Part shown: piece by piece, positions 55,743 through 64,000 of the stretch
Layout of the letters: each line of letters opens with the position of its first letter
Numbering within the stretch: the first letter of the stretch is position 1
IMG/VR virus record: IMGVR_UViG_3300032174_000004
Coordinates: 4,636 to 68,635 of that record
DNA from: a virus
Length of the DNA stretch: 64,000 nt
Reading direction: 5' to 3' (one strand)
Notes under the pieces: model-generated
Databases searched by the model: none
What the model saw: the letters and a program-made list of their open reading frames with translations, nothing else
Told to the model about the DNA's origin: nothing
Translations under genes and position numbers: made by a program

Positions 55743-56645
55743 TTAGGGGCCGCCACTCGCCGCACCTCTCCAGTCCGTCCAGCCAAAGCTGTACCTCTCC
55801 CTTTTTTTGTAACGCATGTTGCCCGTTTCGAAGTCCCCCTCCACCCCTCCGCTGATAGCCTTGCGGACAAAGTGTTTGAGGCCATCGGGCACGTTGGTCT
55901 TGAAGAACCAGTTGCGCGGGTCGGTGAGACGGTGATTGACCGAGAAGCCGTCGCGGATGCTCCCCAGCTTGAAGATCGCGTTGATGTTGTTGTCGCCAGT
56001 GTCGGGCTGATACGGCGTCATCAAGAGGCGTGTTGCAATGAACTGCAACTGGGTGGGGATGATCAGCCGAATGACATCCGGCTTGATCGGGATCCCGCGC
56101 TCATCCGTCCACTGGCTGATCTGCACCAACAGGGCTTCCATGGCCGCTTCAGCCAAGTCAGCTGGCGTGGCGAGAGTATTCGACAGAACGGCGCCGTTCG
56201 CCAAAGGATGCGCAGTCGAAAACAGGGCGACCCCGTCCCCCCCCGGAAAGCTCGAGGATTGACCGTTGTTGAGGACATTCGCACCTTTCACCTCCTTGGT
56301 CTGCAGGAAGGAGCGAGAGAGGCCGCGGCTCATCTTCTGGCCGATCGAGCCGTAGAGGCCGTCTTCCTCGGCTTCCTCGGTGATCGCGAAGGCCAGAGCG
56401 ATGGTCTCGTGGTTGTAGCGAGCGGTGTAACTCTCCGCTCCCTCGTCGTAGGCGACGGCAGAGCCTTCGTCCTTCACCTGCGCCTCGCCGAGTCCGTACA
56501 TCAGTACGTCCTCTTCGTAGGCCTTCTGTGAGGTCTCCACGTCGAAAATGTCGCGCCACTCTTCCGGGTAGCGGTCGTATTCCATACCGAAAACGGCGTT
56601 CAGCCCTTCTTGGAGCTGCCGCCGAAAGTCTGCTCGGTTCATCAA
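55743..56645 (-). CDS. Major capsid protein (Mu gpT-like family)
   Basis: GLNAVFGMEY...YNHETIALAFAITEEA.ED.LY...GGDGVALFSTAHP...DFETGNMRYK.RERYSFGW.DWRG. Confidence 0.92.
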   Translation of the reverse strand: MMNRADFRRQLQEGLNAVFGMEYDRYPEEWRDIFDVETSQKAYEEDVLMYGLGEAQVKDEGSAVAYDEGAESYTARYNHETIALAFAITEEAEEDGLYGSIGQKMSRGLSRSFLQTKEVKGANVLNNGQSSSFPGGDGVALFSTAHPLANGAVLSNTLATPADLAEAAMEALLVQISQWTDERGIPIKPDVIRLIIPTQLQFIATRLLMTPYQPDTGDNNINAIFKLGSIRDGFSVNHRLTDPRNWFFKTNVPDGLKHFVRKAISGGVEGDFETGNMRYKKRERYSFGWTDWRGAASGGP

Positions 56646-56659
56646 GATGGCATGCTCCC

Positions 56660-57238
56660 TTAGATACCGGTCTGAGCGCCGGATAGGTAGTGCAGGGCGA
56701 TCGTCACGAGCACCCGTGCGTAGTTGCCGACAATGTTGTCGGGCCGGTTGACGATGTCCTCGATGCGGAAGACCACGCCCGTGTTACCAGCCGCCGTGGT
56801 GGAGTCCACCGCGTCGTTGCTGATCTTGATGGTGGTGTTCTCCGTACCGCTCACCAGATTCGCGAGCGCTCCGATGTAGCTCAGCGCGAAGGCGAGCGAC
56901 ATCTGGGCTTCAAAGATGGTGTGCGGGTCGTCATAGACCCATGCATCCACCGTCGAGCCCGCCACGACTGCCTGAGCGGCAGGCCAGAGCCGGTTGTACT
57001 GCGGCGCCGACTGGTTGGGGTCGAGGTAAAAGCATCCGTCGAACACACCGCTCAGGCGGTCGGTCGCCGCACCAGGTCGGATGATGTTCTTGGATGTGGT
57101 GGTCTGTTCCACCGCATCGCCCACCGCGATGGCGCTTCCGTAAGCACCAGCGATGTGATAGCGGGTCCGGCGGTTGGCTGTGCCACCGCCTTGGTGCTTC
57201 GCGACTCGAAAGCCGCTCGGCGCATTCACGTTAGCCAT
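56660..57238 (-). CDS. Capsid-associated (cement/decoration) protein
   Basis: MANVNAPSGFR...GVFDGC.Y...VYDDP..IFEAQ. Confidence 0.75.
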   Translation of the reverse strand: MANVNAPSGFRVAKHQGGGTANRRTRYHIAGAYGSAIAVGDAVEQTTTSKNIIRPGAATDRLSGVFDGCFYLDPNQSAPQYNRLWPAAQAVVAGSTVDAWVYDDPHTIFEAQMSLAFALSYIGALANLVSGTENTTIKISNDAVDSTTAAGNTGVVFRIEDIVNRPDNIVGNYARVLVTIALHYLSGAQTGI

Positions 57239-57279
57239 TGAGGTCTCCGTTTAGGGGATGGGTGTGCTGGAAGGAGGCC

Positions 57280-58023
57280 TCAGGCCTCCGCCTCGTCTCC
57301 CGGAATGGCATCGTCCAGTCGACCACGCCGTGCCGTGGTGGTGACTCGCGTACTGCGCTCAGGCTGCAGTAGCGGCATCACACGGTGGTTGATCTTGAAC
57401 AGGTTCCGATCGACGCCGCGGTTCATGTCCTTTTGCTGCTGTTTGAAGTAGCGATCCCGTTGGATCTGCAGCTTCTCTGGCATTTCCATGAGAATCAGGC
57501 CGCGCTTGACGTAGTACTGATCGTACTTCCCATGAGTGCTGGCCGTCAGTTCATGCGCCCGTCGCACGCGCGATCGTTTAACGGGGCGCCAGCCTTCCTC
57601 GAGCATCGCTTCGAAATGCTCGACATCCTCTTCGCTACCCGCCTTCAGGCGTACCCAGCGGTTGCACATACCCGGCCGCGGGGGCGGGGCGTCCAACAGG
57701 CTGGGCAGTCGCCATGAGGTGGGTACCTCACTGTCACGGTCGACTTCAGTTCGCGAGTCGGCCTGACGATCAGATTCATTCGCGGTGTGGACGTTGTCGT
57801 TGTCCACCGCGTGGGTTTGTTTCGCTTTGGGCGTGATCTTCTCGCGCCTCACAGTCTGCGCGCGGGCCTTCGCCTTCTCGGCGCGCTTCACGCTGGCGGC
57901 GATGATCTCATCGGCCACCTCATCGCCTGCGATGCGCTGCTGAGCAGGACGTACTGCCGCTCCAGGAAGGCTTGCGTCCTCCTCATCCGGGGGCACCGTC
58001 AATCCAACGTGTTTGGCCTTCAT
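57280..58023 (-). CDS. Conserved head-module protein
   Basis: W.LPSLLDAPPPRPG...RWVR...EGWRPV...GLILMEMP. Confidence 0.75.
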   Translation of the reverse strand: MKAKHVGLTVPPDEEDASLPGAAVRPAQQRIAGDEVADEIIAASVKRAEKAKARAQTVRREKITPKAKQTHAVDNDNVHTANESDRQADSRTEVDRDSEVPTSWRLPSLLDAPPPRPGMCNRWVRLKAGSEEDVEHFEAMLEEGWRPVKRSRVRRAHELTASTHGKYDQYYVKRGLILMEMPEKLQIQRDRYFKQQQKDMNRGVDRNLFKINHRVMPLLQPERSTRVTTTARRGRLDDAIPGDEAEA

Positions 58024-59330
58024 TAGCGATTACCTCCGGTCGTGTCACGCTGACCGGTGAGGATCGAGCGCATCTTTTCTTTGGCGAAGTACTTCTTGTC
58101 GTTGGGATTGTTGGGGTCCATCTTGAACAGGCGCATGGTTGCGAAGTCGTCCTGATCAAGAGTGACCTTCCCCTGACGCGCGAGATCCATATCGCTTGCC
58201 GACTTGCGTCCGTTCTGGCCCATACCACGGGTGGGAGCGCGGTTGCCCTGTTGACGACCGTTCTGCTGACGGCCGGTCTTACCGCCGTTGCGACGGTCGT
58301 TCTGGTTCATGTTCTCCTGCTCCTCGTCATCGAAGTTGTAGGGCTGGCCGTCGAGGTCCTGGATCTCAAGGTGCGGATAGGCCTCGTGGAGTCGGTGAGC
58401 CACCTCTTCCCAGTGCTCATCCGAGTAGGGTTCAAAGTCGAGTTCGCCGTCCTGGATCTCCTGGAGGATCTCGCGGTCGATGGTGACCGCGTCTTCCTTG
58501 GCCTCTTTGTTGGCTGTGCGGTTCCACCAGTGACGGTTCGCCTTCTTGAAGGCCGCGGCCGAGGCAGCCGCATCAGGATCAATCTCAGTGGTCTTGTCTG
58601 CCTCAGTGGTCGTGGTGGTCGTACGCGATCTAGCGGCGGCCGCAGCGGCTTCAGCGGCTCGAGCACGCTGCGCCAAGTCGTACTTGACGACTTCCAGTTT
58701 CGCCTTGAGGTCCGAGAGCTTGTCCTGGATATCCAACGCCTTCGCGGTCTCGCCGGCTTCCATGGCGGCGGCCAATTGCGGCTTCAGGGTCGCGATCTGG
58801 TTCTCGAGATCCTTGACGCCCGCGTTCTGCGCGACCTCGGTAGTGGCGCGCTCCAGCCTAGCAATGCGCTCATCGGTCGCCTGGCGGGCTGCGCGCTCCT
58901 CATCTAGGGCTCGCTGCGTCTGCTCACGTAGAGCACGCTCGCGGTTGACGAGTGCCCGCTCTCGAGCGATGCGCTTACGGACTCTGGCGCCGTAGCCGCC
59001 CTCATCATCATCGCTGGTCGTGTGTTGACGCGATTCGCGCTCAGTGCGTGTCCGGCGTGGAGTGGGCTCCTCCTCCCCAGCCCCGTCATTCTCAGAGGCC
59101 ATAGAGCGCGCATCTCCCTCAGTCGCGCTATTCACGTCGACGCCATCCCCCTCAGCACGTACGCCGGTATCGACCGTCTCCGCCTTGCCGAACACATCGA
59201 CCACTTCGGTCCGGCCGGCATCCTCGCGGTTTGCCAACTGGTCCTGACGGTCCGGCGGGATGAAGTCATCCTGCGCGTCATCGCCCGTAGGCTTCGGGTG
59301 AGTCTTCAAGTTGCGTTTCGCTTTGGCCAT
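58023..59330 (-). CDS. Scaffolding protein
   Basis: Acidic N-terminus, RVRKRI coiled coil, NRHWW, terminal helix; between portal and capsid. Confidence 0.75.
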   Translation of the reverse strand: MAKAKRNLKTHPKPTGDDAQDDFIPPDRQDQLANREDAGRTEVVDVFGKAETVDTGVRAEGDGVDVNSATEGDARSMASENDGAGEEEPTPRRTRTERESRQHTTSDDDEGGYGARVRKRIARERALVNRERALREQTQRALDEERAARQATDERIARLERATTEVAQNAGVKDLENQIATLKPQLAAAMEAGETAKALDIQDKLSDLKAKLEVVKYDLAQRARAAEAAAAAARSRTTTTTTEADKTTEIDPDAAASAAAFKKANRHWWNRTANKEAKEDAVTIDREILQEIQDGELDFEPYSDEHWEEVAHRLHEAYPHLEIQDLDGQPYNFDDEEQENMNQNDRRNGGKTGRQQNGRQQGNRAPTRGMGQNGRKSASDMDLARQGKVTLDQDDFATMRLFKMDPNNPNDKKYFAKEKMRSILTGQRDTTGGNR

Positions 59331-59368
59331 CGATCAGTACCCCCGGCACGTGTGCCGTGTGTGGTGGA

Positions 59369-59836
59369 TTACTCGGCGTAACCCTTGAGGAGATCCGGGT
59401 CATTCACCCGCATCAGCAATTCGGTGTCGGTGAGCAGGCGCAGGATGTGGCCGGAGCGCAGGTGCACTTCCTGGCCGGCATACATCTCGTAGAGCCAGTA
59501 CTGACCGACTTCGGCTTTCTCGCGCGCTTGGGAGAGCTCCAGACCCGCTGTGGTGCGGCTCTGATAGGCAAAGCACCCCACCTGCACGATCCGGCCTACT
59601 TTGGAGACCACGCGCTCGGCCGCATCCACCTGCGGCGGACGCACGATCATTCCGCGCTGCTTCGGGATGTAGGGCTCGACCAGGATTCGCCACAACGCTA
59701 CGTTGCCAAGCGCCTCAACTTCCCCATCGGTTATGGGTTGAAGCCGCTGTGCGTCGTTGACCTGTTCGATCGCCCGGCGTAGCGCGCTGGGTTCTCTCGT
59801 GCTCACGTCTGTCTGCCTCCAAGTAGTCGCTGACAT
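59369..59836 (-). CDS. GroES-like co-chaperonin
   Basis: WRILVEP...VGRIVQVG..AY...EVGQY.L...YAG...RLLTDTELL..V.DP. Confidence 0.8.
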   Translation of the reverse strand: MSATTWRQTDVSTREPSALRRAIEQVNDAQRLQPITDGEVEALGNVALWRILVEPYIPKQRGMIVRPPQVDAAERVVSKVGRIVQVGCFAYQSRTTAGLELSQAREKAEVGQYWLYEMYAGQEVHLRSGHILRLLTDTELLMRVNDPDLLKGYAE

Positions 59837-60032
59837 CGTCGAGGTCAGCCTTCATCATTTCGTTGATCTGCTGGATCTGGACCTTGCATTCGGCGATACG
59901 GCCCACGTGGCGCTGGTATTCCCGCTCCTCCACACCTAGGCCGATACGGCCTTCGAGCTCGCGCTGACGTGTCTGGACCTGCGTCCGCAAGGCCATCAGC
60001 ATCTGCACGTGTATGGGGAGGTCGGCGGTCAT
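59715..60032 (-). CDS. Hypothetical protein upstream of GroES
   Basis: G....EYQRHVGRI motif. Confidence 0.6.
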   Translation of the reverse strand: MTADLPIHVQMLMALRTQVQTRQRELEGRIGLGVEEREYQRHVGRIAECKVQIQQINEMMKADLDDVSDYLEADRREHERTQRATPGDRTGQRRTAASTHNRWGS

Positions 60033-60421
60033 CAGCAGCCCATCGTCCCTTTGTATTTCGGCTCACCCTTGGCGCCGTCGCCCATGGTCCCGCGGTACTT
60101 GCCGCTCGAGCCACGACCGTTACCGATCACGCCGCGCGCATTGCCGACGTTGCGATCGCCGATAGGACCAGCGGCTTCCTTCGAGGGAGTCGGCAGGATG
60201 CGATGGTTGTGGCCGCCGCCACCCGCAGTCTGCTCACCTGGCTCCGGATAGTCGGTCTGTTCCAGATGATTCGGGCTGGATGAGGGCTTCACGCCAGTCC
60301 CCGCATTCGCAGTACCCGCTCCCTCGCTGTGCCGATCGCTCGGCATGCCGTGCTCAAGCGCATCCTCGTGCTCGCCGCCAGCCTTCGGATGACTCATGCC
60401 GTGTGGGCTCTTCGGTTTCAT
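60032..60421 (-). CDS. Gly/His-rich small virion protein
   Basis: RGT.G.GAKG..YKG C-terminus; AGGAG SD. Confidence 0.65.
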   Translation of the reverse strand: MKPKSPHGMSHPKAGGEHEDALEHGMPSDRHSEGAGTANAGTGVKPSSSPNHLEQTDYPEPGEQTAGGGGHNHRILPTPSKEAAGPIGDRNVGNARGVIGNGRGSSGKYRGTMGDGAKGEPKYKGTMGC

Positions 60422-60423
60422 GT

Positions 60424-60645
60424 CTAGGCTCCTGAGTTAGCGGCGGCTGAGATATCCTCGCCGCGGAAGAGAGATTGCTGTGCTCCGCCCGCGTATAGGC
60501 GCGAGATGAAGTGGATGAGGTGATCGAAGGACGAGCCCGTTTCATTGGCAGCCGCCGCGAACTTCGCGGGCGGTATGCCGAAGCCGTTCGGGTGGCGCTG
60601 GAAGAGGTAGCTGCGGGCCTGCTGGGGAGTGGCTTTGCGTTTCAT
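60424..60645 (-). CDS. Small hypothetical protein
   Basis: Operon packing. Confidence 0.6.
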   Translation of the reverse strand: MKRKATPQQARSYLFQRHPNGFGIPPAKFAAAANETGSSFDHLIHFISRLYAGGAQQSLFRGEDISAAANSGA

Positions 60646-60647
60646 CG

Positions 60648-63311
60648 CTAAGCCGCCTTCTTCATGGGCTGCTTGGCCATCGTGCGCCGCTGTGTCTTCT
60701 TGGCCAGCAGTGACTCCTTCGCCTCAGCCTGCTTGTGCTTCAGGCCCTGGCGGTGGGTGTCGACAGCCTGCAGGAGTGACTGGGTGTGCGCGGCCTGCTT
60801 ATGGCGATGCTGGACGAGGCCATCGGCGTGCTTGCGCAGGATGCTGGCGGAGGTCTCCTCGTCGATCTGGCGCATGCGGACGCGGTGCTCTTCCTCAAGC
60901 TGCCGTAGCCGCTGTTCATGCTCCAACTCGCGCTGCTTGTGATCCGCCACGAATGTATGCGTGTCGCGCTGGATCTTCGCTTGCGTCTCGGCTTCCTTGT
61001 TCTTGATGCCCGCAGCCGTCTTCGCCTGGTCGGCGGCAATCTGCGCTTGGGCTTCCTGCTGCGGAGGCGCTTGACCCGACTGCGGCCCACCTCCCTGCAC
61101 AGATGCTTGTGATCCCGGCACGGGGGGAGGGACTGGCGGGAGGTTCTGCGCCGCCAGGATGGAGACCGCCATTTCGATCTTGGGGTCCATCGGCTGGTTC
61201 GGCCCGTACAAGTCAGTGGGCGGCAGTGGGATCTGGTGGGACTGCTGCATGCCAGCCGAAACTTGCTCAAACTGCTGCAGCGCCAAGTGCTCGCGGATGT
61301 GCGCCATCAGCGCGCTGTGCACGACCTGGTACTGATCAGGCGGCAACGTGTTCTGAGCGATCTGGTCCTGACGGTCGTGGAGCAGGTTGTGCAGGTCATG
61401 CCGCTGGCCCGGGAATGCGCGCACTCCTTTGCCCGTCATCATCAGCATGTTCTCGCCTACCGGATCCATGTAGGTCGGTGCTGGCATCTCCGGGGCGATC
61501 TTCTGCCAGTCTGGGACCTTGAGTGCTTTCAGGAAGCGCACATGCGCTTCGATCGTCTTTTCAGGCCCGTAGAGCTGCGGCGCCTTCTCCACCAGCTCGA
61601 GAACGGCTTGCGCCATCGCGATGCGCTGCACGTCCGAGATGATGTTCGGGTCCGCAACCGGTACGAAGCTCGTGTGATCCCCGAAGTCCGCCTTCATGGC
61701 AACCTGCGCCTGGCCATCCATGTGGTACGGGTACTGCTTGTCGGGCGCGAAGTCGTGGATGAGCTCGCGCAGCATGCGGAACTCTTCCCGGGCAGCGGCG
61801 AAGATGCGCTTGTGTACCGCCGTGAAGAGCTTCATCGACTGTTCGATGAGTGCCAGCGTGGTACCAACGGGCGCCTTGTTGTCCGCCTGCCCGACCAGTA
61901 CCTCAGTCAGTGAGGCGAAGCGGCGCGCATCCGAGACCATCGCTTGGAACAATTGCACCAACGCGGGTGAGGGCTCCTTGCTCGGGGGGGTGTAGAACCC
62001 CTTGGCTAGCTCCTCAGCTGTCGCGTCGATGTCAATCCATTTGCCGGGCTGGATAGCAAGACTGCCCCCCTTCTTCGGACCATCCTTTGCCCGAAATCCT
62101 CCCTGGACAGTCGCCATAAGTGCGCTATCCAGGAGTGCGCGCGCGCTGCCGCCGATGGCTTCAGCGAGCGATCCAATGACATGCAGGAAGCCCCACCCGT
62201 AAAAGCCCAGCCCCGGCAAGAACTTGTAGTGGGCGAACCAGACGCGCTTCTTGCGCTTCTCGTCCTGCTGGCGCCAGTTGCGGCGTACCGCGAGGATCTC
62301 CTGGCTCGTCTTGTCGCAGATCACGATGTAGGGCAGCTCAAGGCCACCCTGGTCCTGCTCATCCACGCCTTCTGGCAGGTTCAGGTCGATGTGGTACTCA
62401 AGGATGTCGAACAGCTCGTCCTCATCGTGCAGCGAGCGCACCCGGCGGTCCGAAATGTCGTCGATCTTCTGCCCGCGGTACTGCTCATCCTCGGAGTTCA
62501 GCGGCGGCCGCGGGAGGTTGAGCTCGATGAACTCCCCCAGCGCCATCGCCTTGGCGATCTCGCTCTTCGTCATCTGGTACTGATGGCAGTACCGAGAGCA
62601 GTTCTCGAGGTCCCGGGCGAAATAGGGAGCGACGAAGTCTTCGGCCTTCACGTACCGAGCGCGCGGGAGCTGGTCGCGTGGGTCGAGCCACGTCTTGCTA
62701 AAGAGGCTCCCCGCAGTCGGTAGATAGAACAGCGACTGGTCCTTGTCAGCGTAGTACCCCGTATCGATGACTGTGAGGTAGTAGTTCATATACTGAGCGG
62801 CGCGCTCAGCACTGTCCTCAATGTCCTCAGTCACATCGCCCAGCGGGTCGCCCTTCACGGGGCCTGTAGGCGGGAAGAACTCCTGGATGGCGTTGCTACT
62901 GAACTGGACGCAGGCCTCGGCGATCACGGGGTGCTGCATTGAGGCCGCGCCGGGGAAGGGCAGACGGCTCATCTCAAGCTTCTCGATGCCGAGGAGCGAT
63001 AAAGCAGAACGGGTGAGGTTCTCCCACTCCTTGCGTGAGTCGAGGTCTACCCGGTGGTACTCGGTGAGTCGCTGAGCCAGATAGTTCCTCTGGCTGGTCG
63101 ACATGTACTCGGCGAGGTTCTCCGAGAAAGCACCGCTGGTCCCGAAGTTCTGCGGGCTGGTCTGCTGGATACCCGTAATTTGGCTGTCATCCGGCGGCCC
63201 GAACAGGTCCACCATCTCCGTCCCATCCGGATGATGGGTGAAATTGGCGCCTGCTCCCTGAAACTTTACAGGGTGATTCGGCCGTAATTCGATGACTTCG
63301 CTGGGTGGCAC
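60648..63311 (-). CDS. Portal protein
   Basis: DLDSRKEW...PFPGA....HP.IAEA...GSLFSK...HYKFLPGLGFYG.G...APVGTTLAL.EQ...DPNIIS. Confidence 0.92.
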   Translation of the reverse strand: MPPSEVIELRPNHPVKFQGAGANFTHHPDGTEMVDLFGPPDDSQITGIQQTSPQNFGTSGAFSENLAEYMSTSQRNYLAQRLTEYHRVDLDSRKEWENLTRSALSLLGIEKLEMSRLPFPGAASMQHPVIAEACVQFSSNAIQEFFPPTGPVKGDPLGDVTEDIEDSAERAAQYMNYYLTVIDTGYYADKDQSLFYLPTAGSLFSKTWLDPRDQLPRARYVKAEDFVAPYFARDLENCSRYCHQYQMTKSEIAKAMALGEFIELNLPRPPLNSEDEQYRGQKIDDISDRRVRSLHDEDELFDILEYHIDLNLPEGVDEQDQGGLELPYIVICDKTSQEILAVRRNWRQQDEKRKKRVWFAHYKFLPGLGFYGWGFLHVIGSLAEAIGGSARALLDSALMATVQGGFRAKDGPKKGGSLAIQPGKWIDIDATAEELAKGFYTPPSKEPSPALVQLFQAMVSDARRFASLTEVLVGQADNKAPVGTTLALIEQSMKLFTAVHKRIFAAAREEFRMLRELIHDFAPDKQYPYHMDGQAQVAMKADFGDHTSFVPVADPNIISDVQRIAMAQAVLELVEKAPQLYGPEKTIEAHVRFLKALKVPDWQKIAPEMPAPTYMDPVGENMLMMTGKGVRAFPGQRHDLHNLLHDRQDQIAQNTLPPDQYQVVHSALMAHIREHLALQQFEQVSAGMQQSHQIPLPPTDLYGPNQPMDPKIEMAVSILAAQNLPPVPPPVPGSQASVQGGGPQSGQAPPQQEAQAQIAADQAKTAAGIKNKEAETQAKIQRDTHTFVADHKQRELEHEQRLRQLEEEHRVRMRQIDEETSASILRKHADGLVQHRHKQAAHTQSLLQAVDTHRQGLKHKQAEAKESLLAKKTQRRTMAKQPMKKAA

Positions 63312-63383
63312 ACGTGTCCCAAAGCCTGCCGGCTTGGTGGAGTTCTGTGGCAGGTCCCAGTGGGGCGGGCCACGTGTGCGGGG

Positions 63384-63404
63384 GATTGTATGTCTAGCTA
63401 GACA
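63384..63404 (-). promoter_or_regulatory. Putative late promoter -10 with adjacent 14-bp palindrome
   Basis: TGTCTAGCTAGACA immediately followed by TACAAT on the minus strand; no clear -35. Confidence 0.45.
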
Positions 63405-63410
63405 GAATCG

Positions 63411-63590
63411 CTAGTTAGCGGGTGTGCGCTCGAGCACGTAACGGATAGCGCATTCCTCGAATCTGCCTATGGGCTGCTGGCCCGTGCACCAGTAGCGCAC
63501 TAAGCGATCGGGTATCTCAAGGTCACGCGCGAGTTGCCGCTGGCTCTTACCGGCCCGCTCCAGCAGGTCGCGGAGTTCAGTAGGCGTCAC
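63411..63590 (-). CDS. Cro-like HTH protein (59 aa, absent from ORF track)
   Basis: MTPTELRDLLERAGKSQRQLARDLEIPDRLVRYWCTG; GTGA overlap. Confidence 0.8.
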   Translation of the reverse strand: MTPTELRDLLERAGKSQRQLARDLEIPDRLVRYWCTGQQPIGRFEECAIRYVLERTPAN

Positions 63591-63769
63591 AGCGGTGGGA
63601 AGTTTCGGGTCTGCAGAATGAACCGTACGGCGAATTCGTTGACGCGCCGTAGAGAGGTATCGCTAGTCCAGCGGTGGACGGTACGAACGGGCACGTTCAA
63701 CGCCCGCGCTATATTACTTTGGGATAGCCCTGCCTCTTTGAGGAGGGCTTTGAACTCAGCGCCAGTCAT
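63587..63769 (-). CDS. Cro-like HTH protein
   Basis: MTGAEFKALLKEAGLSQSNIARALNVPVRTVHRW. Confidence 0.85.
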   Translation of the reverse strand: MTGAEFKALLKEAGLSQSNIARALNVPVRTVHRWTSDTSLRRVNEFAVRFILQTRNFPPL

Positions 63770-63978
63770 GATCCGCAGTGATACGGAAGATGTGCTAGCC
63801 GCTGCAGTTCGCGGAGGTATCCAGCGAGCAATCGCGCCTCATCTGGGGAGATCTCAAAGTACCAATCCTTCTGGATACACACCTGCAAGTATTCGGCTAG
63901 CTCTTCTCCCTGCTTGAGTTCGTCTTCGGTCATTTGATCAGCGACGATAGCGGCAGGCGGAAGTTCTGCGCGTAACAC
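63766..63978 (-). CDS. Small hypothetical protein
   Basis: ATGA overlap. Confidence 0.5.
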   Translation of the reverse strand: MLRAELPPAAIVADQMTEDELKQGEELAEYLQVCIQKDWYFEISPDEARLLAGYLRELQRLAHLPYHCGS

Positions 63979-64000
63979 ATCACTGGCGCGTACCCTTCCT

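Larger units (their letters stand above)
1..64000. mobile_element. Tailed dsDNA bacteriophage genome segment (podovirus-type virion module)
   Basis: Portal, scaffold, capsid, tail tube/hub, ejection proteins, lysis cassette, terS and recT/exonuclease; no tape measure, tail sheath or host housekeeping genes seen. Confidence 0.95.

Noticed and set aside
55800-55812. A7 run near the capsid 3' end as a -1 frameshift site
   Set aside because: Codon phase (TAC AAA AAA AGG) does not fit a canonical slippery heptamer, and it lies in a conserved capsid motif
56642-56653. Mini-ORF ATG CCA TCT TGA overlapping the capsid start
   Set aside because: SD is only 1 nt from this ATG; spacing fits the downstream TTG/ATG capsid start
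1-64000. Stop-codon reassignment
   Set aside because: TAA, TAG and TGA all end intact genes; large genes are uninterrupted in the standard code

Overview
The whole window is part of a high-GC tailed dsDNA bacteriophage genome with a podovirus-type (BPP-1/P22-like) virion module, in the standard genetic code. On the minus strand from the right end: two HTH genes, portal, GroES-like chaperonin, scaffold, major capsid, head and tail accessory proteins, tail tube/adaptor/hub and fibres, a GNAT + sulfotransferase-like + 2OG-Fe(II) hydroxylase trio, ejection proteins including a 2773-aa polyvalent protein, and the lysis cassette (M15 endolysin, Rz/Rz1). A plus-strand early operon at 17.9-24 kb holds recT, a YqaJ exonuclease, csrA and a tRNA-like RNA. 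A leftward operon carries UvrD and SF2 helicases, a radical SAM enzyme, Ref-like and RusA nucleases, terS and small late-type genes. Five free-standing HNH-type endonucleases are present. I recognised no terminase large subunit, integrase, DNA polymerase, primase or initiator. The most notable signals are: (1) a non-coding 15.84-16.30 kb locus arranged like a ColE1 RNA I/RNA II replicon, with convergent promoters, a three-hairpin antisense RNA and a G7T3G7 tract; (2) a putative injected protein with adjacent pyrophosphatase, SGDEF diguanylate-cyclase, ART-like and metallopeptidase domains; (3) a seven-copy promoter/operator motif; (4) a probable ACG start hidden behind a hairpin; (5) proteins sharing a C-terminal donor-strand-like motif. 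All calls come from reading motifs by eye; no database searches were run.
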